This document shows positions 1 to 3,822 of a DNA stretch of 5,594 bases, one piece after another. This stretch comes from a virus, in the IMG/VR virus record IMGVR_UViG_3300045988_021592, positions 1-5,594 of that record; one strand, written 5' to 3'. The translations under genes and the position numbers were made by a program. The notes below the pieces were generated by a model. The model was not told where the DNA came from. It worked only from the letters and a program-made list of their open reading frames with translations, and made no database searches. Every line of letters starts with the position of its first letter. Position 1 is the stretch's first letter.

Positions 1-55
1 CCATGGAACCGCCTGTCCTCTTACCCTGTTTTTATTTGTCTTCCAGTCCCCTATT
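1..55. repeat. Terminal overlap, copy 1. Exact 55-nt duplicate of 5540..5594, marking circular-contig closure.
   Basis: ccatggaaccgcctgtcctcttaccctgtttttatttgtcttccagtcccctatt occurs identically at 1..55 and 5540..5594. The repeat lies inside an open reading frame whose phase is preserved across the join. Confidence 0.95.
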
Positions 56-498
56 GTTCTCTGTCCTAAATATGATAATATTGAGCTTGATGAGTAACAT
101 AATTTTGTTGATTCTTCGATAGTTCCGTTGTTAGTCATTGTTGCGGAATATACGGGTAATTTAACTTTACTCATATCTAACCCGACATTCAATGCGTTGT
201 TGTGCAGCATTGCATTGTACAATCTGATTGGTGCTGTGAAGATATCAATCTGTAATTTGTAAGACCCAAATAACGGTCCTACTGTTGGATGTGTCAGTAC
301 CTTCGTATCTATATCAATGTCAAATGTATCTCCAGGTAATCCCACTAGTTTCATACATGGGACTAGTGTTCCTACTCCCATGCTACTCCGCCACGCGTAT
401 GATAAATTGTGTGTACTTCTGTTGTAGGTCTTCAGGTCTACCTGCATGGAATTGCCACCTCCTAGGGTGTTCTTTCCGATTGATTTTGTTATACTCAT
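1..498 (-). CDS. VP1: Major capsid protein VP1 (Microviridae F/VP1 family), N-terminal 166 codons. It continues across the circular junction into 5539..4154.
   Basis: Hand translation of the minus strand starts at ATG 496..498, with an in-frame TAA at 502..504 just upstream. It reads MSITKSIGKNTLGGGNSMQVDLKTYNRSTHNLSYAWRSSMGVGTLVPCMKLVGLPGDTFDIDIDTKVLTHPTVGPLFGSYKLQIDIFTAPIRLYNAMLHNN... and stays open to position 1. This fits the conserved N-terminal pattern of microvirus capsid proteins (RSxhxLS ... GxLxP ... LPGDTF ... PxRL). It is absent from the ORF track because it runs off the window edge. Confidence 0.92.
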   Translation of the reverse strand, partial: MSITKSIGKNTLGGGNSMQVDLKTYNRSTHNLSYAWRSSMGVGTLVPCMKLVGLPGDTFDIDIDTKVLTHPTVGPLFGSYKLQIDIFTAPIRLYNAMLHNNALNVGLDMSKVKLPVYSATMTNNGTIEESTKLCYSSSSILSYLGQRTIGDWKTNKNRVRGQAVPW

Positions 499-713
499 TC
501 TTTATCTTTTTTATGTTTAACTTGTGTGTGAATTTCGAACATTTCCGCTACAAATGCGAGAATCGTATCCCATTGTGGTGTATCTCTGTATTGTTCCGCT
601 TCTTCTCTGGTTTTGAAATGCTGTTCCGTAGCTAAGTGTTGCCCTATTGTGATGATAAAATCATTTTGTTCTTCGTTAATAGGTCTGATTTTGAATAATT
701 CATCTCCATTCAT
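495..713 (-). CDS. orfC: small acidic hypothetical protein, 72 aa.
   Basis: ATG at 711..713 overlaps the orfB stop (ATGA at 713..710). Its own TGA at 495..497 overlaps the VP1 ATG at 496..498 (ATGA at 498..495). A canonical AAGGAGG lies 7 nt upstream. The protein is rich in D/E with no hydrophobic segment. I recognise no motif. Confidence 0.65.
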   Translation of the reverse strand: MNGDELFKIRPINEEQNDFIITIGQHLATEQHFKTREEAEQYRDTPQWDTILAFVAEMFEIHTQVKHKKDKE

Positions 714-925
714 TTTTTGTCCTCCTTGTTAAATAAATTAATACTTGTGCTATCTGCACTTACTTTTCCGTCTGTTTTATTTTCTGTACTCATGCCGCTT
801 CCTTTCACATTTTTCTGAATGCTCAGCATGTTAGTACAACTCACCCCTAACCATGTTAGGATAGCTGATAATACTGCAATTGTGATTTCACGAATTAATT
901 TTTTGTACTTTTCTTCTATTTTCAT
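710..925 (-). CDS. orfB: small lipoprotein-like or signal-anchored membrane protein, 71 aa.
   Basis: The N-terminus is MKIEEKYKKLIRE (charged n-region), then ITIAVLSAILTWLGVS (hydrophobic h-region), then Cys30 (codon 836..838) in a lipobox-like L-G-V-S-C context. A 41-residue hydrophilic S/T/N/K-rich tail follows. ATG at 923..925. The stop overlaps the orfC start. Confidence 0.62.
   Translation of the reverse strand: MKIEEKYKKLIREITIAVLSAILTWLGVSCTNMLSIQKNVKGSGMSTENKTDGKVSADSTSINLFNKEDKK
721..727 (-). promoter_or_regulatory. Canonical Shine-Dalgarno-like AAGGAGG, 7 nt upstream of the orfC ATG.
   Basis: Plus-strand cctcctt at 721..727 is minus-strand AAGGAGG, followed by acaaaaa and then ATG (713..711). 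It lies inside the orfB coding sequence (codons K-E-D). I saw no comparable purine-rich SD upstream of the other six genes. Confidence 0.35.
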
Positions 926-933
926 ATCATTTA

Positions 934-1191
934 TTAATAGGTTGTTTCACGTGGAACTTTGTTGTATAAGTTGTATACATTTTTAATTGTTGTACTTAAT
1001 TCTAGCATATTATCCCCTGCATATATATTTTCTAGTTGATTGTAGTCGTAGAGGTAATACCTTTTGCTAAACTCTGTGACTATTCCTACCTCTTTATTTT
1101 TTATATATAAATACCAAAATCTTTCTGTTTTGTCCTTAACCATGTAAGCTAGCCACTTCGGAATAAAGCTGAATTCGTATATTCTTTCCAT
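934..1191 (-). CDS. orfA: hypothetical protein, 85 aa from ATG 1189..1191. The track's 117-aa version starts at GTG 1285..1287.
   Basis: MERIYEFSFIPKWLAYMVKDKTERFWYLYIKNKEVGIVTEFSKRYYLYDYNQLENIYAGDNMLELSTTIKNVYNLYNKVPRETTY. It is Tyr-rich with no recognisable motif. I prefer the ATG start because the GTG extension (1192..1287) overlaps the promoter-like elements and translates to low-complexity sequence. It is the first gene downstream of the non-coding region, in the same strand and spacing as its neighbours. Confidence 0.5.
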   Translation of the reverse strand: MERIYEFSFIPKWLAYMVKDKTERFWYLYIKNKEVGIVTEFSKRYYLYDYNQLENIYAGDNMLELSTTIKNVYNLYNKVPRETTY

Positions 1192-1204
1192 ATCTTTAAT
1201 TTTG

Positions 1205-1248
1205 TTTGCTACAAAAATACTGTATTTTTTCCGAAAGCACCAAAAATA
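1205..1248 (-). promoter_or_regulatory. Bacteroidetes-type promoter with -33 TTTG and -7 TAnnTTTG, driving orfA and the downstream genes.
   Basis: The minus strand reads ...TATTTTTGgtgctttcggaaaaaatacagTATTTTTGtagcaaacaaaattaaagatATG. The proximal TAttTTTG is at 1219..1212. A TTTG at 1244..1241 sits 21 nt upstream of it. A second TAttTTTG lies at 1248..1241. This matches the published Bacteroides primary-sigma promoter consensus. It is the only CAAAnnTA (plus-strand form) I found in an intergenic position. Confidence 0.5.
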
Positions 1249-1299
1249 AAATGTTAAATTTATATAGTGCGTTAATCTTTGATTCACGCGCTATATAAA

Positions 1300-1420
1300 T
1301 TCTAGGCTTCGCCGATTGAGAAACACATAGTAGCGCATTCTGCAGAGCGAGTTAGGGATTGAAGGCGAGTATTGCGAAGCAATATGTCTGAGCCGGAAAG
1401 CCCGACCCCTTTAGGGGGAA
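1300..1420. other. GC-richer structured island within the non-coding region. Candidate ssDNA origin or structured element of unknown function.
   Basis: The stretch is visibly richer in G/C than the flanking AT-rich sequence. It contains gGCTTCGCc (1305..1313, which reads GGCGAAGCC on the minus strand), the perfect palindrome tctgcaga (1339..1346), the hairpin tattGCGAAGCaata (1370..1384) and cccc-ttta-gggg (1406..1417). gattga is repeated at 1314..1319 and 1357..1362. Only very short ORFs (24 aa or less) are present. Confidence 0.5.
1370..1384 (+). other. Extended d(GCGAAGC) mini-hairpin with a 6-bp stem and a GAA loop.
   Basis: tattgc-gaa-gcaata. Pairs are 1370-1384, 1371-1383, 1372-1382, 1373-1381, 1374-1380 and 1375-1379. 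The loop is 1376..1378. The core GCGAAGC is the heptamer described as forming an extraordinarily stable DNA mini-hairpin. Confidence 0.6.
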
Positions 1421-1481
1421 CTCCATTATTATAATCTTTATATTCTTCTATATAAACAGAAATATATATGATAATAATATC

Positions 1482-1556
1482 CTGTTGAAACTGTTCATAA
1501 CCGTGTTAATAGCCTGAAATATAGCTATTTATCATGTTCATAACTCTGTTAATAAC
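1482..1556. repeat. Iteron-like direct repeats: a 20-mer present twice (18/20 identical) built from CTGTT / TGTT(C/A)ATAAC submotifs.
   Basis: tgttcataaccgtgttaata at 1492..1511 against tgttcataactctgttaata at 1535..1554, an offset of 43 nt. A tandem ctgttgaaa/ctgttcata lies at 1482..1499. tgttaataac lies at 1547..1556. Confidence 0.6.
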
Positions 1557-1658
1557 TTTTTATAACTTTCTATTATTAAATTATGAAATATAAATCTTTT
1601 TTCTATATATAAATTAAATCTTAATAAAGTGTTAAAAAGTTATTTTTTTATTCACAAG

Positions 1659-1722
1659 TTATCAACATGTTTATTAACCGATTTTGCACACTTATCAACA
1701 CAAAAAAAGCGGTTATTAACCG
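1659..1722. repeat. Imperfect direct repeat of a bipartite motif, ttatcaaca ... ttattaaccg. The second copy contains the terminator hairpin.
   Basis: Copy 1 is ttatcaaca (1659..1667) + tgt + ttattaaccg (1671..1680). Copy 2 is ttatcaaca (1692..1700) + caaaaaaagcgg + ttattaaccg (1713..1722). Confidence 0.6.
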
Positions 1723-1723
1723 C
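1702..1723 (-). terminator. Intrinsic (rho-independent-type) terminator at the end of the rep gene.
   Basis: The minus strand reads aaaagagGCGGTTaatAACCGCTTTTTTTgtg. It has a 6-bp stem (1723..1718 pairing with 1714..1709), an AAT loop and a T7 tract (plus-strand A7 at 1702..1708). The VP4 stop codon TAA (1718..1716) sits in the hairpin apex. It closes the last gene of the minus-strand gene string. Confidence 0.62.
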
Positions 1724-2648
1724 CTCTTTTGTGTTCTTTCTGATATTCTTTGAGCTTTTCCAGTTGCCTTTTGTGCCTTTCCTTTTCCCAGCTGTCATAG
1801 TTTTCGTTATACAATTCTTTAGCTCTTTCACGGTAGTAATTCAGAATGCTGTTGTATTCTTCTTCATCATCTATTGATACCTTTTCGCCACATATGTATC
1901 TGTAACCTCTCTCCTGCTTCTCAATCCACAGTTTTTCTCGTTCCTCTTCGCTGTATATTTTTTTCCGGTAGTACTCAGGCAATGGTAGTTCCATTCCATT
2001 TGGTAATCTGTAGTATTCATTAGTATTATTTTCCCTATACGCATTTCTTTTGCTGTTATAGCTTTGTTCATACCCTTTACCTATCCCTGCGCTGCATAGT
2101 ACAATACCTATATAGTTCCGGTCTATTGGATTTTCTTTGAGCATATATTTCACTACGTAATTCACTGTCTTTTCGTTGCACATATTTCCCTGAAATACAA
2201 ATCCGTACTTCCAGTTATCCTTTATTAAATCAGGATTTCCCCAGCATATGCCGTGTAGGTGTATTCGTCCTGTATTCTCGCCTAGTTCCGTGATGAACCA
2301 GTGTCTGACCGACTTTTTTGTTTTCTTTCGTATACGTTCCAGCATTCTTTTGACTGCTAATTTACATATACTATCTCTGTCTTTTTTTTTGCTGTCACTC
2401 TTCAATTTTTCGTAGTCCTCGTTACTTATTGTTAGCGTCCAGAAGGTAGCCTTTTCAGGATTATTTCGAATCTCTTCGTTCAGCCTGATTACCCACTCTC
2501 TTTTTCTCGCTTTGCGACATTCTATGCATTTTCCACATTTAGCCGGCACTAAAAGTAAACGCCTGTCTTCACAAACAGGCGCATTAAAGTTATTTTTCCG
2601 ATTTGGCTGGTATTTTTTATTCGTTATGTATTTTGTATATAGACACAT
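1716..2648 (-). CDS. VP4: Replication initiation protein VP4 (HUH rolling-circle endonuclease, phiX174 gpA-like), 310 aa from ATG 2646..2648. The track's 327-aa version starts at GTG 2697..2699.
   Basis: The N-terminus has the Cys cluster CGKCIECR. The HUH motif RIHLHGI has H-L-H at 2253..2261. The double-tyrosine catalytic motif NYVVKYMLK has Tyr codons at 2157..2159 and 2145..2147. The Met-Cys N-terminus MCLYTKYITNKKY... fits my recollection of related microvirus Rep proteins. The ATG start leaves a 7-nt gap after the VP2 stop, whereas the GTG start would overlap VP2 by 44 nt. Confidence 0.9.
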   Translation of the reverse strand: MCLYTKYITNKKYQPNRKNNFNAPVCEDRRLLLVPAKCGKCIECRKARKREWVIRLNEEIRNNPEKATFWTLTISNEDYEKLKSDSKKKDRDSICKLAVKRMLERIRKKTKKSVRHWFITELGENTGRIHLHGICWGNPDLIKDNWKYGFVFQGNMCNEKTVNYVVKYMLKENPIDRNYIGIVLCSAGIGKGYEQSYNSKRNAYRENNTNEYYRLPNGMELPLPEYYRKKIYSEEEREKLWIEKQERGYRYICGEKVSIDDEEEYNSILNYYRERAKELYNENYDSWEKERHKRQLEKLKEYQKEHKRGG

Positions 2649-2655
2649 AATTCTA

Positions 2656-3699
2656 TTATTTGGATTTTCCGAATCCGTGCCACTTATTGAATATTGCACT
2701 GATTATTCCTGTTAGTAATTTTCCGTATTTGCCTTCACCTCCTAGCTCATTAATCAGGTCGCTGAATGCCTTATCCTGTTCGAATTGCCACTTCTGTCTG
2801 GCTGTTTCATTTTTGGCTTGCTTTGCTTCCTCTACCATCTTGCCGAATACCGCTATTTTTCCGTTAGCAATCTCGTCGAGAGCATCAGATAGCCTCATTG
2901 CCACCTCCTTGTCATTTTTTGCCTCTTGGTATTCTTTCTGTGATATTCCGTAATCTGCTAACATTCTTTGAAGTTCTTTTTCCTTGAAAATTTCATCAAA
3001 CCCTTTAGTCCATACCGTTTTGCCGTTAACTTCTCCTTGTAACTTAATGCCCTTTCGTAGCTCGTTCAGATAATTGTTGAATTCTATAATCTTGCTTTCT
3101 TCATTAGTCTTATGGATCTGACTAGTTAGGTGTTCTATTCTCTTTTTTGATTCTTCGATTTCTTGTTTGTTCTTTTCAGTTTCTGATTCGACATTTTCGG
3201 TGTCAGTTGTCATCAGTTTAGCTGCTTCTGCGTTGGTTTTCGCTGCTTCTGCTTTAGCCAGTTCTTTCTGAGCCTCCATCTGTTCCCATTGGATGCCCAT
3301 TCCTACACCTGTCGATGTTGGCAGTCCTACTCCTGCTGCACTTCCTCCACCTGCTGCACTTCCACCGCCACCGCCACTACTACCGTATAGTAGTGCTGGA
3401 TTCAGTCCTGCCGCTTCCAGATGTTTTTTTTGATTTTCATAGTTGGTATAATCCCACATTTCCTTGCTGAGTTCTGTGGAATATTTCGCTTGCTCCTTGT
3501 TATATTGAGCCTGTAAGCCCATGTATTCCAGCTGTCTTTGATGCTCCCTTTCTTCGGCTTCTCGCGCTTTTTTCTCTTTTCGCCTGCCGATTCCCATTAG
3601 TGAGCCTAGCCCTCCGATTGCTCCTGATACTAGTCCACCTACACCTCCTGTCAGGCCGCCTAGTGCTGCACTTCCTAGTGCTTCTCCGATTTTTCCCAT
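2656..3699 (-). CDS. VP2: Minor capsid / DNA pilot protein VP2 (functional analogue of phiX174 H), 347 aa.
   Basis: The N-terminus is glycine-zipper-like (GSAALGGLTGGVGGLVSGAIGGLGSLMG). The motif MWDYTNYENQKKHLEAAGLNPALLYG resembles those I recall from gokusho/alpavirus VP2 proteins. There is a poly-Gly/Ala tract (SSGGGGGSAAGGGSAAG), then a long E/K/Q-rich predicted coiled coil, then an amphipathic C-terminus. Its position between the capsid module and rep fits this call. Confidence 0.85.
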   Translation of the reverse strand: MGKIGEALGSAALGGLTGGVGGLVSGAIGGLGSLMGIGRRKEKKAREAEEREHQRQLEYMGLQAQYNKEQAKYSTELSKEMWDYTNYENQKKHLEAAGLNPALLYGSSGGGGGSAAGGGSAAGVGLPTSTGVGMGIQWEQMEAQKELAKAEAAKTNAEAAKLMTTDTENVESETEKNKQEIEESKKRIEHLTSQIHKTNEESKIIEFNNYLNELRKGIKLQGEVNGKTVWTKGFDEIFKEKELQRMLADYGISQKEYQEAKNDKEVAMRLSDALDEIANGKIAVFGKMVEEAKQAKNETARQKWQFEQDKAFSDLINELGGEGKYGKLLTGIISAIFNKWHGFGKSK

Positions 3700-3750
3700 T
3701 TTCGTAGCTTTTTTGAAAAGCGTTAATAACTTAGTTCATATATAAGAGTA

Positions 3751-3766
3751 CACACGTACCCGTGTG
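3751..3766 (-). other. Intergenic stem-loop with a 6-bp GC-containing stem and a 4-nt loop.
   Basis: cacacg-tacc-cgtgtg. Stem 3751..3756 pairs with 3761..3766. It lies in the spacer between the 106-aa gene and VP2. Confidence 0.5.
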
Positions 3767-3778
3767 ATTCGTTAGAAG

Positions 3779-3802
3779 TAAGGGACTCTGAAAAGTCCCT
3801 TA
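3779..3802 (-). other. Intergenic stem-loop with a 9-bp perfect stem and a 6-nt loop, 21 nt downstream of the 106-aa ORF stop. No U-tract follows.
   Basis: taagggact-ctgaaa-agtccctta. Stem 3779..3787 pairs with 3794..3802. The minus strand continues cttctaacg, so it is not a canonical intrinsic terminator. Confidence 0.6.
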
Positions 3803-3822
3803 TACTCATACGTGCTTTGCCG

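Noticed and set aside
1-55. The 55-nt terminal direct repeat as a biological DTR, LTR or att site pair.
   Set aside because: It lies in the middle of the VP1 reading frame and preserves the frame exactly. Microviruses have circular genomes. The length matches a typical assembler k-mer overlap. I treat it as a circularisation artefact.
285-635. Plus-strand ORFs in the track: 285..635, 1629..1877, 2512..2715, 2660..2953, 4681..4899 and 4914..5108.
   Set aside because: All are antisense to strongly supported minus-strand genes. They translate to F/L/S/C-rich low-complexity sequence, as expected from the T-rich antisense strand. They lack motifs and lack plausible promoters and starts. They are shadow ORFs.
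1232-1259. A dif-like Xer site. AAATGTTAAAT (1249..1259) matches 9/11 of the E. coli XerD arm TTATGTTAAAT, which is relevant because Bacteroidetes microvirus proviruses have been proposed to integrate through Xer/dif.
   Set aside because: The would-be XerC arm (1232..1242, cgaaagcacca) matches only about 5/11. There is no dyad symmetry. The sequence is AT-rich and overlaps the promoter boxes. I do not know the Bacteroidetes dif consensus well enough to judge. It is worth a BLASTN of 1200..1300 against Bacteroidales prophage junctions, but I make no claim.
1290-1430. The GC-rich island as a tRNA, tmRNA fragment, riboswitch or micro-ORF.
   Set aside because: There is no T-loop (GGTTCGAATCC-like) or cloverleaf on either strand. 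I recognise no riboswitch core. The only ORFs are 24 aa or less (for example MEFPLKGSGFPAQTYCFAILAFNP on the minus strand) and lack start context. I kept it as a structured DNA or RNA element of unknown function instead.
1871-2071. A 66-aa same-strand ORF in an alternative frame inside rep, a possible phiX174-style overprinted gene.
   Set aside because: It has an ATG start (2069..2071). However, it has no transmembrane segment and no recognisable motif or translational signal, and a length like this occurs by chance in an A-rich coding strand. It cannot be supported without conservation analysis, meaning suppression of synonymous variation in rep across this interval.
2649-2699. GTG-initiated N-terminal extension of Rep (the 327-aa version), and the analogous GTG extension of orfA (1192..1287).
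   Set aside because: Both are alternative-start extensions chosen by the longest-ORF rule. The Rep extension overlaps the VP2 3' end by 44 nt, and the ATG gives the Met-Cys N-terminus that I recall from related microvirus Reps. The orfA extension overlaps the promoter elements.
3181-3216. A hammerhead-ribozyme-like CUGAUGA ... GAAA on the minus strand.
   Set aside because: The intervening sequence (caactgacacc) cannot form helix II. The region is ordinary VP2 coding sequence (TTDTENVESE). It is a chance core match.
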